Source: Gemmatimonadota bacterium | GTDB taxonomy: Bacteria > Gemmatimonadota > Gemmatimonadetes > Gemmatimonadales > GWC2-71-9 | DNA: 64,000 bases | Reading direction: 5' to 3' | NCBI GenBank assembly: GCA_039586365.1 | Contig: JBDHKN010000008.1 | Location: 26,721 to 90,720 of the forward strand | Shown here: positions 19,462-27,904 of the stretch, piece after piece | Position numbering within the stretch: position 1 is the stretch's first letter | How the letters are laid out: each line of letters opens with the position of its first letter | Position numbers and translations under genes: made by a program | Notes under the pieces: generated by a model | The model's input: the letters and a program-made list of their open reading frames with translations, nothing else | Database searches by the model: none | What the model was told of the DNA's origin: nothing

Positions 19462-22284
19462 ATGCGATTGAAGCTCGTTGCGGTAGCTGGATTGTTCTGT
19501 CTTGCGGTCGGTGCAGCCGCGTCGGCCGTGGCTCAGCAGACGAGCGGGCACAGCCCGGTACTCCCGGCCGATCCCCTAGTCACGGTTGGAACGTTGCAGA
19601 ACGGCCTGCGTTACTACATCAGGGCAAACAAGCGTCCGGAGAACCGTGCGGAACTCAGGTTGGTTGTCAATGCCGGCTCGGTGTTAGAGGACGACGACCA
19701 GCGTGGTTTGGCTCACTTTGTCGAGCACATGGCCTTCAATGGGACGATGCGATATCCCAAACAGGCATTGATCGATTACCTGGAGCGAATCGGCATGCGC
19801 TTCGGGCCGGATATCAATGCATACACGGGTTTCGACGAGACGGTCTATTCGTTACAGGTACCCACCGACTCCGGTGGAATACTCGAGACGGCGTTTGAGA
19901 TTCTCGAGGACTGGGCTCATCAGCTAGTGTTTGACTCAGCGATGATCGACGGCGAGAGAGGAGTAGTAATCGAGGAGTGGCGGCTGGGTCGCGGAGCCGC
20001 CGCCCGCATGTTCGACAAGCAGTTCCCAATCCTGTTCAAGAACTCCGTATATGCAGAACGTCTGCCGATCGGGAGTGTAGCGGTCTTGGAGAGTTTCGAT
20101 CACGAGGCTTTGGTGCGGTACTACCAGGATTGGTACCGTCCTGATCTGATGGCCGTGGTCGCTGTCGGTGATTTCGATACGGGCGTGATAGAGGGCCTGG
20201 TGCGGCGACATTTTGAGCATATGCCCTCTCCCCCAGATCCCCGATACCGCACGCTGTTCCCGGTGCCAGACCACGATGAGACTCTGGTTGCCGTGGCCAC
20301 CGACAAGGAGGCGACGGAGTCCCGGGTGAGCATCTATTACAAGCAGCCGTTACGTGAGGAGGGGACGATTGAAGCCTATCGTCAGCTCATCGTGGAGCGT
20401 CTCTACAATAGCATGTTGAATGACCGCTTGTTCGAACTGACCCAGCGGCCGGCACCTCCGTTTCTCTATGCATCCTCCGGACAGGGAAAGTTGATTCGAT
20501 CCAAGGAAGTGTACGTGTTGGGAGCTGGAGTAGAAGATGGTCATGTTGAGCCTGGTCTGGCAGCTCTCCTCACTGAGGCGGAGCGAGTCGCAAGATACGG
20601 ATTCACCAGCACTGAGTTGGAACGGCACAAGAGAGAGGTGCTGCGATGGATGCAACACGCGCATCTGGAACGGGAGAAGACGAACTCTGCGGTGTATGCG
20701 TTCGAGTACGTACAGGCGTTTCTTGAGAACGATGCAATTCCGGGAATAGAGCTCGAGTTCCAACTGCACCAGGAGATGGTGCCTGATATCCGGCTAGAGG
20801 AGGTCAATCAGTTGGCACGGGAGTGGCTCACGGATCAAAATCGAGTGATCCTGGTCAATGTGCCGGACAAGGAAGGCTTGCCGGTGCCCTCTGAACAAGA
20901 CTTGATGGCTGTGTTTCAAGTAGTGAAAGGAAGTGACATAGGCCCCTATGTTGACTCGGTCGATGAAGCTCCGTTGGTGGCAGAAGAACCCACACCTGGG
21001 ACGATTGTCGAGGAGCAGGTGTTCGACGCGGTCGGTGTGACATCGTGGCGGCTTTCCAATGGAGCCCGAGTCATCCTCAAGCCTACCGACTTCAAGGAAG
21101 ATGAGATCCTGTTCCGAGCGTCGAGTCCAGGAGGAACGTCCCTGGCCTCAGACGCTGACTACATTGCTGCTTCGACTGCCGCGGAGGTCGTCAGCGCTGG
21201 CGGGTTGGATCGGTTCAGTGTGGTGGATCTTCAGAAGAAGCTTTCAGGTACGGCAGTCAGCTTGAGTCCGGACATCGGCCCGTTGTATGAGGGTTTGTCG
21301 GGGAGTGCGTCGCCGGAAGACGTGGTAACGCTGTTCGAGTTGATCTACCTGACGTTCCGCGCTCCACGGCGGGACACAACGGCGTACGTTGCGTTCAGGA
21401 CTCAGGTGAATGCCCTGCTCGCCAATAGGAACGCCTCTCCCACCGCCGCTTTCGGTGACACGCTGAAGGTGACCTTGGCTCAGCACCACTTTCGCGAACG
21501 TCCATCGACCGTCGAAGTGTACCGGGAGATGGACTTGGACAAGTCCTTCGGGTTCTACCAGGAGCGCTTCGCAGACGCCGGTGACTTCACATTTGTGTTC
21601 ACGGGTAGCTTCCAGGTCGAGATGATGCGACCATTGGTGACGCAATATCTTGCGTCACTGGCATCCACGGGCAGAGAAGAAACCTGGCGTGACGTTGGTA
21701 TCAGACCACCGGAAGGCGTGGTTCAGAAAGCTGTCTATCGAGGGCTGGAGCCGCGCAGTCAGACGTACATGGTGTTCACCGGACCGTTCGAGTACACTCG
21801 TGCTAATCGACACCTCATTCGGTCCCTGAGCGAAGTGTTGCAGATCAGGTTGCGAGAGAAGTTGCGCGAGGATCTGGCAGGAACCTACGGCGTATCAGTT
21901 GGTGCCATGACGGAAAGAGATCCGGTCCCGGCGTTTTCGGTATCCGTCAGCTTTGCCGCCGATCCGGATCGATTGGATGACCTCGTCACGCAGGTCTTCG
22001 CCGAGATCGACAGCCTGAAGATTTCTGGTCCCGATCCCGAGTACATCCAGAAAGTGCAGGAGGCGCAACGGCGGAGCAGGGAGACGAGTCTCAAGCAGAA
22101 CAGTTACTGGCTCTACCAGCTTCTCTACGCCGACCGGTTCGGGACGGACCCGAGTGAGATTCTCACCTACGAGAGCCTGACCGATGCACTGACGGCTGAC
22201 ATGATAACAGAGGCCGCGCGCAGGTACCTCCCGAAGAACAACTACATCAGGGTGTCGCTGTATCCTCAGACACATGCGCCGTAG
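19462..22284 (+). CDS. M16 zinc protease (insulinase/PqqL-like)
   Basis: GLAHFVEHMAFNGT (HxxEH), NAYTGFDET, duplicated M16 halves, signal peptide. Confidence 0.93.
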   Translation: MRLKLVAVAGLFCLAVGAAASAVAQQTSGHSPVLPADPLVTVGTLQNGLRYYIRANKRPENRAELRLVVNAGSVLEDDDQRGLAHFVEHMAFNGTMRYPKQALIDYLERIGMRFGPDINAYTGFDETVYSLQVPTDSGGILETAFEILEDWAHQLVFDSAMIDGERGVVIEEWRLGRGAAARMFDKQFPILFKNSVYAERLPIGSVAVLESFDHEALVRYYQDWYRPDLMAVVAVGDFDTGVIEGLVRRHFEHMPSPPDPRYRTLFPVPDHDETLVAVATDKEATESRVSIYYKQPLREEGTIEAYRQLIVERLYNSMLNDRLFELTQRPAPPFLYASSGQGKLIRSKEVYVLGAGVEDGHVEPGLAALLTEAERVARYGFTSTELERHKREVLRWMQHAHLEREKTNSAVYAFEYVQAFLENDAIPGIELEFQLHQEMVPDIRLEEVNQLAREWLTDQNRVILVNVPDKEGLPVPSEQDLMAVFQVVKGSDIGPYVDSVDEAPLVAEEPTPGTIVEEQVFDAVGVTSWRLSNGARVILKPTDFKEDEILFRASSPGGTSLASDADYIAASTAAEVVSAGGLDRFSVVDLQKKLSGTAVSLSPDIGPLYEGLSGSASPEDVVTLFELIYLTFRAPRRDTTAYVAFRTQVNALLANRNASPTAAFGDTLKVTLAQHHFRERPSTVEVYREMDLDKSFGFYQERFADAGDFTFVFTGSFQVEMMRPLVTQYLASLASTGREETWRDVGIRPPEGVVQKAVYRGLEPRSQTYMVFTGPFEYTRANRHLIRSLSEVLQIRLREKLREDLAGTYGVSVGAMTERDPVPAFSVSVSFAADPDRLDDLVTQVFAEIDSLKISGPDPEYIQKVQEAQRRSRETSLKQNSYWLYQLLYADRFGTDPSEILTYESLTDALTADMITEAARRYLPKNNYIRVSLYPQTHAP

Positions 22285-22389
22285 CGTGATGGGGCCACCG
22301 GGCAGAGTCTGGGAAGACGGGTTGGCTTTGCGTTCTCGATCCGTGCGGCGCGCCGGACGCAATAGGACCGGCTGGAACCGCGCCCCAGC

Positions 22390-22761
22390 TCACTGCTCAA
22401 CCCGGTCTCGGTGAACCATGTGCGGTGAGAAGGCCGGCAGGCAGACTGCGATGTACTCGGCGCCGTTCGGGCCGGGGGTGGAGTAGCGGACCCACTCACC
22501 AGCATATGCGATCAGGGCCTGCCCGGCAGCAACATCGGTCACACCGTTCGAGTGCTCGACCCTCAGGGTCCCACGGAGCACGACTGTGAACTCGTCGAAC
22601 TCAGGAGTCTGACCGGGTTCCAGCCAGCCAGCTGGGCTCTTCATGTGTGCGATACTGATCGCCGTCGTCCCAGAATTGACACGTCCGATGTATTCATCGA
22701 TAGATTTGGGGCCGATTCCGGCCGCTGCGACGCGGCTTGGTGAGCTGATGTGCCGGGGCAT
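22390..22761 (-). CDS. Cupin-fold protein (EutQ-like)
   Basis: EPGQTPEFDE, GEWVRYSTP, EYIAVCLPAF. Confidence 0.8.
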   Translation of the reverse strand: MPRHISSPSRVAAAGIGPKSIDEYIGRVNSGTTAISIAHMKSPAGWLEPGQTPEFDEFTVVLRGTLRVEHSNGVTDVAAGQALIAYAGEWVRYSTPGPNGAEYIAVCLPAFSPHMVHRDRVEQ

Positions 22762-22898
22762 GGAGCTTGCTCCGTATCCGTTATGGTCTGTCTAAACATG
22801 TGCTGCATCTTGTGTTAGCGAGATAAACTGCTATCATGCGCGCGCACAGCACCAGGATGTGACGGAACTAAACCTACGGTGAGATCGTACTTCGTAAC

Positions 22899-24245
22899 AT
22901 GGGAATAGTAGCAGTCAGACAACCGGGCACATCAACGGTAGCAGCAGCGTTGTGCGTCTGCGCCATGGCCTGCGGCAGCGAAGGCCTTCGGAGTCTCTTT
23001 GTGGGCTACACTCCACACGAGCGATACCAGCATTCCCTGCGTGAAGCAGGGTTGGATCAGACGGCGCTCGGGAGGGACTGGATTGCGGCTGGAGCGGAAG
23101 CGTTGAACAAAGCCGTCCCGCTCGAGGCACCGTACCGGGAGGAGAGCTACCTGGATCCCCGCGAGGTAGCTGCGTCGGGCTACCGCATTGGGCTGCGCCG
23201 TGGGCAACGGCTCAGGGCGCAGTTCGAGAGTGAACCAGACAGTAGCTACCGAGTGTTCTTCGACGTTTTTGTGATACCTACGGGATCGGCGGAAACTCCC
23301 CGGCTGCTGGCCAGCGCTGACAGCCTTGAGCGTGAGCTGGACTTCGTGGCACGGCGGGATGGAGACTATCTGCTTCGGATTCAGCCGGAACTGTTGCGGG
23401 GTGGGCGCTATGCGATCAGCATCGTCGTCGGGTCGTCCCTCGCCTTTCCGGTCGATGGCCATGACACGGGAGCCATACGGAGTTGGTTCGGAGATCCTCG
23501 GGATGGGGGGAGTCGAAACCATGACGGTGTTGACATCTTTGCGCCCCGCGGAACACCCGTGATCGCTGCGGCAAACGGAAGTGTCCGGAGTACCAGAAGG
23601 AACAGATTGGGCGGCAAGGTGGTTTGGCTCACCGACGAATTGGGGCGGTCCTTGTACTACGCCCACTTGGACAGCCAAGTTGTGGCGCGAGGGGACCCGG
23701 TTCGAGCCGGCGACACTCTGGGTTTCGTTGGCAACACCGGGAATGCACGCACCACGCCACCACATCTTCATTTCGGGGTCTACGAGCGAGGGTACGGGCC
23801 ATCAGATCCCTACCCGGCGCTATATGACCCGCCATCCACCCCGGCTGTCTTCGCTGGGGATCCCGATCTGATTGGGGAATTGGGGCGGGTCCGTCGTGAT
23901 CGCACTCCGGTCAGGGCTCTGCCGACATCGAGGGCTCCCGCAGTAACGGAGTTGTCGCGGCACACTCCAGTTCGGGTGACGGCTGGAACCGGCAACTGGT
24001 ACCGCATCGCCCTGCCTGACGGGGCCGTCGGTTATGTCGCGACGCAACTGACCGAGCTGGCCGACCGGCCGATCCGTAGTGAGCTAGTGGCGAACGGTGC
24101 CATCCTGCGAACGCAGCCTGCACTCTCAGCCGTGGCTCTCGACAGCCTGGTTCCAGGCGCGGAAGTACCTGTCCTGGGGTCGTTTGGGGAGTTTCTGTAC
24201 GTCCAGGCACCCAGCGGACGCGCCGGGTGGCTGTCGCTAAACTGA
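22899..24245 (+). CDS. M23 peptidase with C-terminal SH3-like domains, probable lipoprotein
   Basis: HDGVDIF, YYAHLD, TTPPHLHFG; SH3b-like WYRI..GYV and GWL ends; lipobox-like AMAC. Confidence 0.88.
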   Translation: MGIVAVRQPGTSTVAAALCVCAMACGSEGLRSLFVGYTPHERYQHSLREAGLDQTALGRDWIAAGAEALNKAVPLEAPYREESYLDPREVAASGYRIGLRRGQRLRAQFESEPDSSYRVFFDVFVIPTGSAETPRLLASADSLERELDFVARRDGDYLLRIQPELLRGGRYAISIVVGSSLAFPVDGHDTGAIRSWFGDPRDGGSRNHDGVDIFAPRGTPVIAAANGSVRSTRRNRLGGKVVWLTDELGRSLYYAHLDSQVVARGDPVRAGDTLGFVGNTGNARTTPPHLHFGVYERGYGPSDPYPALYDPPSTPAVFAGDPDLIGELGRVRRDRTPVRALPTSRAPAVTELSRHTPVRVTAGTGNWYRIALPDGAVGYVATQLTELADRPIRSELVANGAILRTQPALSAVALDSLVPGAEVPVLGSFGEFLYVQAPSGRAGWLSLN

Positions 24246-24950
24246 CCGCTGCTTGGCTCCAGCGATCTGGGCGGCGTGGCTTGAGCGGGTCTTACCGGGC
24301 TGCCAGCCGGTGAGCGTCCTGACTTGTGCCACCATCACGGATGCTACGTGTACGAAGGGCGTTCCGATGCGGAGTCCTATCGACTGGCCGTACGGCGCCG
24401 AGTCCAGGAAGCCCTTGGCGTAGGAGAATGACGGCAATTGGGTGTACGCCCTCCCCAGCTCCCAGGGGAAATGTGCGTCGGAACTTGCAAGATGCGGCAG
24501 TGCCCGCTGACGTGCAGCTGCTGACGCCTTTCGATTCCAAGGCGGAAAGAACGCCCGCGAGTTGAAGACCTCTACCACATCTGCCACAGCGAGAGCCCGC
24601 TCAGCATGCCACGCGGGTCGGCGCGCGTATGCAAAAGGGTGTGGAGCGTAGACGACGCCGCCCTGGTCTCGGATGCGCTCGGCCGTTTCTGCCACCGAGA
24701 GTCCCGGAACAATGCGTTCGGTGAGAAAAAGCCCTATCAAGTGAGTGCCGCATCCACAGTTGATCTCCTCACCGACAATCGCCTGCCCCGGATAGTGAGA
24801 GCGCGCTTCTAGAGCTCCGGTGATCTCGTCGTGGTCGGTGATGGCCACCTTGTCGAGCCCCACAGCGATCGCTCGTTCCACGACTTCACACGGGGCCGCC
24901 CACCCGTCGTGAGAGTAGGAGGAGTGCAGATGCAGGTCGACGCGAATCAT
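24237..24950 (-). CDS. PHP-domain phosphoesterase
   Basis: DLHLHS, AITDHD, GEE, APHP, SSDAH. Confidence 0.88.
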   Translation of the reverse strand: MIRVDLHLHSSYSHDGWAAPCEVVERAIAVGLDKVAITDHDEITGALEARSHYPGQAIVGEEINCGCGTHLIGLFLTERIVPGLSVAETAERIRDQGGVVYAPHPFAYARRPAWHAERALAVADVVEVFNSRAFFPPWNRKASAAARQRALPHLASSDAHFPWELGRAYTQLPSFSYAKGFLDSAPYGQSIGLRIGTPFVHVASVMVAQVRTLTGWQPGKTRSSHAAQIAGAKQRSV

Positions 24951-25008
24951 GCTTCCGCCGTTCAGCAATTGCCGTGCCGCCCTGCGCCGGTCGCGCTCGA
25001 GCGCACCT

Positions 25009-25140
25009 CGGGAGTTCGGAAGGGCCCACGCGGAGGCCTTCGGTGACCACCCACCGGCCACGACGATGGTCGAAGTCAGCAGCCTAATTGACCAGGCGAT
25101 GTTGCTGGAGGTCGAGGCGGATGCGGTAGTGGATGACTGA
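25009..25140 (+). pseudogene. 3' remnant of a RidA/YjgF family gene
   Basis: EFGRAHAEAFGDHPPATTMVEVSSLIDQAMLLEVEADA resembles the RidA C-terminus; N-terminal part absent. Confidence 0.7.
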
Positions 25141-25143
25141 GAT

Positions 25144-25866
25144 CTATCCCACCTTGGCGATGGGCTGACTTTCTGGCAGCGCTCCAAACTTGCGCACCCT
25201 GCGCCTGAACTCTGCAATGGCTGTTGACAGGTCTGCCCGACGGAAGTCCGGCCAAAGCGTGCTAGTGAAATAGAGCTCGGCGTATGCTGCCTCCCACAGC
25301 ATGAAATCCGACAGCCGTTGCTCTCCTGCCGTCCTTATCAAGAGGTCCAAATCGGGAACTCCGTGCGTGATGCGCCTCTGCAGTAGGTCAGGAGATATCT
25401 CCTCTGGAGCCAAGGCGCCGATCGCGACGCTTCTGGCCAGCTCCGTTGCTGCCTGTGAGATCAGCCAGCGTGCGCTATAGTCGATCGCGAGCCTCAGGTG
25501 GAGCGTCGCGCCGTGTCGGCTGTCGTGCTCCAGTGATTGGAGGGCACGCAGGGCGCTGGCGGGGATCCTCTCGCGCCGCCCGATCGCCGAGACCCTGACG
25601 CCGTTTTCCAGAAGCTCGGCTCGCTCTCGCCGACAGTACTCCCTCAAGAGCCAAAAGAGCCGCCCTACTTCAGCCGGTGGGCGTTTCCAGTTGTCGCTGG
25701 AGAATGCATAGAGGGTCAGGGTAGTGACGTCCAAGTCTGGGGATGCACGCACGACATCGCGCACACTGTCGACCCCCGCGAGGTGACCTTTCCAGCGTGG
25801 CTTGGTCCTCAGATTGGCCCACCGTCCGTTACCGTCCATGATGATGCCTACGTGTAGTCCACTCAT
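25144..25866 (-). CDS. uppS: cis-prenyltransferase (undecaprenyl/decaprenyl diphosphate synthase)
   Basis: HVGIIMDGNGRWA, YAFSSDNWKRP, DLLIRTAGEQRLSDF, LWPDF. Confidence 0.93.
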   Translation of the reverse strand: MSGLHVGIIMDGNGRWANLRTKPRWKGHLAGVDSVRDVVRASPDLDVTTLTLYAFSSDNWKRPPAEVGRLFWLLREYCRRERAELLENGVRVSAIGRRERIPASALRALQSLEHDSRHGATLHLRLAIDYSARWLISQAATELARSVAIGALAPEEISPDLLQRRITHGVPDLDLLIRTAGEQRLSDFMLWEAAYAELYFTSTLWPDFRRADLSTAIAEFRRRVRKFGALPESQPIAKVG

Positions 25867-26186
25867 TTTTTCTCCAGTGCCTCCCTCGCTTCCGTCAGGA
25901 GTGATTCCATCTGATCGAGGTAAGTCTCCAGCGCCTTCCGCCCCTTGGCGGTGAGGCTGTATTCCGTTTTGGGCTTACGGTCTTCGAACCCCTTCTGGAC
26001 TCTGATGTAGCCAGCGTTCTCGAGCTTGCGGGCGTGGACGCTGAGATTCCCATCGGTCGTCTGGAGGATTGCCTTGAGGTCAGCAAAGCTCAGCCTGTCC
26101 TGCGCTGCAAGCGCAGAGACGATCCCCAAGCGCATTCTCTCGTGGACGAGGCGGTCGAGGTCTTCTGGTGCCAGGCTACCCGCCAT
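25863..26186 (-). CDS. Winged-helix transcriptional regulator (HTH_34/MarR-like)
   Basis: LDRLVHERMRLGI, TDGNLSVHARKLE, LTAKGR. Confidence 0.88.
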   Translation of the reverse strand: MAGSLAPEDLDRLVHERMRLGIVSALAAQDRLSFADLKAILQTTDGNLSVHARKLENAGYIRVQKGFEDRKPKTEYSLTAKGRKALETYLDQMESLLTEAREALEKK

Positions 26187-26760
26187 GTCTCCAGACAATG
26201 TCGAGTCCAACCGCGATGTGCAGTCCCCCGAATCCCATGGCGAGCATGGCCAACCCGAGGTTCGGGAGGAACAGCGCCGCCGCGCCCAGGATGAGGAAGG
26301 CGATCCCCATCCATCGAATTGCCCGGATCGAGAGGGTTCCGCCAGCGGTAAGGCCAGCTCCATAGAGGGCAAGCCAGGTACCAGGCAGCAGTTGGCCGGC
26401 TCCTTGATTGTTGATGGCAAAGGTGAGGAGCGCGCCCGCGAACAACGTAGGTGTCATGACCCACACGATCCGCTGCATCACACCTGACCAGATTGGCACC
26501 CGTATGCCGCGAGCTTTGAGCACGTTGGCAATAGTGGCGATCACAACCGATACGGCCGCGGCCGGAATCCAGATCCGCAAATCCGCCGGGACCCCTCCGG
26601 ACCATGCCAGCCAAGCAGCCACCATACCTACAAGTCCACTGGCCACGAGTCCCCAGCCTGATATTGCCGTGAACGTGGACGCCGACTCCATGGTACGGCG
26701 GATATACGCCAGCGTCTCCTTCGGGTCGTCCTGTTGATCCCGTTGGGTTTGGATCGTCAC
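26176..26760 (-). CDS. Conserved hypothetical multi-pass membrane protein
   Basis: LAYIRRTME, about 6 TM segments, GFGGLHI; GGAGG RBS before GTG 26760. Confidence 0.75.
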   Translation of the reverse strand: MTIQTQRDQQDDPKETLAYIRRTMESASTFTAISGWGLVASGLVGMVAAWLAWSGGVPADLRIWIPAAAVSVVIATIANVLKARGIRVPIWSGVMQRIVWVMTPTLFAGALLTFAINNQGAGQLLPGTWLALYGAGLTAGGTLSIRAIRWMGIAFLILGAAALFLPNLGLAMLAMGFGGLHIAVGLDIVWRHGG

Positions 26761-26797
26761 AGCGCCTCCGCTTGTGATCTGGCAGGTTGGAAAAAGA

Positions 26798-26814
26798 ACT
26801 TTATAATACAAAGT
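26798..26814. promoter_or_regulatory. Palindromic operator ACTTT-N7-AAAGT, likely for the HTH_34 regulator
   Basis: AT-rich inverted repeat upstream of the membrane protein-regulator-uppS operon. Confidence 0.6.
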
Positions 26815-26873
26815 AAGCTTCCAACAGATGAGCGCAAGAGGCGGCTCCGGTGCCGGATTCAACGGAACAGGGC

Positions 26874-26903
26874 TTGAATAGATCGGTCGTGACCGATTAG
26901 AAT
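26874..26903 (+). promoter_or_regulatory. Putative sigma70 promoter TTGAAT-N18-TAGAAT with a palindrome in the spacer
   Basis: ATCGGTC-GT-GACCGAT lies between the hexamers, upstream of the gldA-like gene. Confidence 0.45.
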
Positions 26904-26959
26904 CTTTACCGCGAAAACGCACTTGTGTTTGTAGCTGAATCCTCAATCCCACGACTACC

Positions 26960-27904
26960 ATGTCACTGCTAACCCTCGAGAACGTTTCTAAGAGCTTCGG
27001 CTCCGTGACGGCGGTGGATGACGTCTGCTTCTCAGTTGACCGGGGGCAGGTGGTGGGCTTTCTAGGTCCCAACGGGGCAGGGAAGTCAACCACGATGCGG
27101 ATGATCAACCAGTACTATGAGCCCGACGGCGGCAAGATCCATTTCGACGGGCTACCGCTGACCGAGGCAGCACGAGAAGCGAAGCGTCGCATCGGCTATC
27201 TCCCCGAGAACAATCCCCTATATACGGACATGCTCGTCTCCGACTATCTGACGTTCGTGTCCGAGCTACGGGAGCTGCGGGGTGGCGAGCAGGCTCGGGC
27301 CATCGACGACGCCGTAGGTGCCACCGGCATCTCTGAGGTGTTCTACCGACCTATCGCTGAGCTTTCGAAGGGATATCGCCAACGGGTCGGCTTAGCACAG
27401 GCTATACTGCATCGGCCGGACCTCCTGGTGCTCGATGAACCGACGGAAGGCCTTGACCCCAATCAGCGCCTCGAGATCAGACGGCTGATCGAAGATCTGG
27501 GCAAAGATCATACGGTGATCTTGTCGACGCATGTCCTGCCGGAGGTGCAACACACTTGCTCGCGGCTGTTGGTGATTCACCACGGCAAGATCGCCGCGGA
27601 CGGACTGGTGGATGAGCTTATGGTCCAGGCCAGCGGTTCGGTACAGATCACCGTAGAGGCCGAAGGAACTGGAATAGCTGACGCCTTAGCACAGCTGGAC
27701 GGCGTGCGACGTGTAAACCAGAAGCACGTGGAGTCGAGCGGGCGGGTAGCCGTCACGCTGACTTCCGACAGTGCTGTCGACGTTCGTCCGGAGATATTCG
27801 AGATGGCGAAAACCAAAGCCTGGAAGCTGTACGAGCTGCACCAAGAAACCAGGAGCCTGGAAGATTTGTTCCAGGAACTCACCGCAGCCCCGGAGTCGGT
27901 ATGA
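26960..27904 (+). CDS. GldA-like ABC transporter ATP-binding protein
   Basis: GPNGAGKST, LSKGYRQRVGLA, LDEPT. Confidence 0.9.
   Translation: MSLLTLENVSKSFGSVTAVDDVCFSVDRGQVVGFLGPNGAGKSTTMRMINQYYEPDGGKIHFDGLPLTEAAREAKRRIGYLPENNPLYTDMLVSDYLTFVSELRELRGGEQARAIDDAVGATGISEVFYRPIAELSKGYRQRVGLAQAILHRPDLLVLDEPTEGLDPNQRLEIRRLIEDLGKDHTVILSTHVLPEVQHTCSRLLVIHHGKIAADGLVDELMVQASGSVQITVEAEGTGIADALAQLDGVRRVNQKHVESSGRVAVTLTSDSAVDVRPEIFEMAKTKAWKLYELHQETRSLEDLFQELTAAPESV

Noticed and set aside
24951..25217. Long N-terminal extension of the PHP ORF
   Set aside because: Antisense to the RidA remnant and overlapping uppS; the PHP domain starts at 24950
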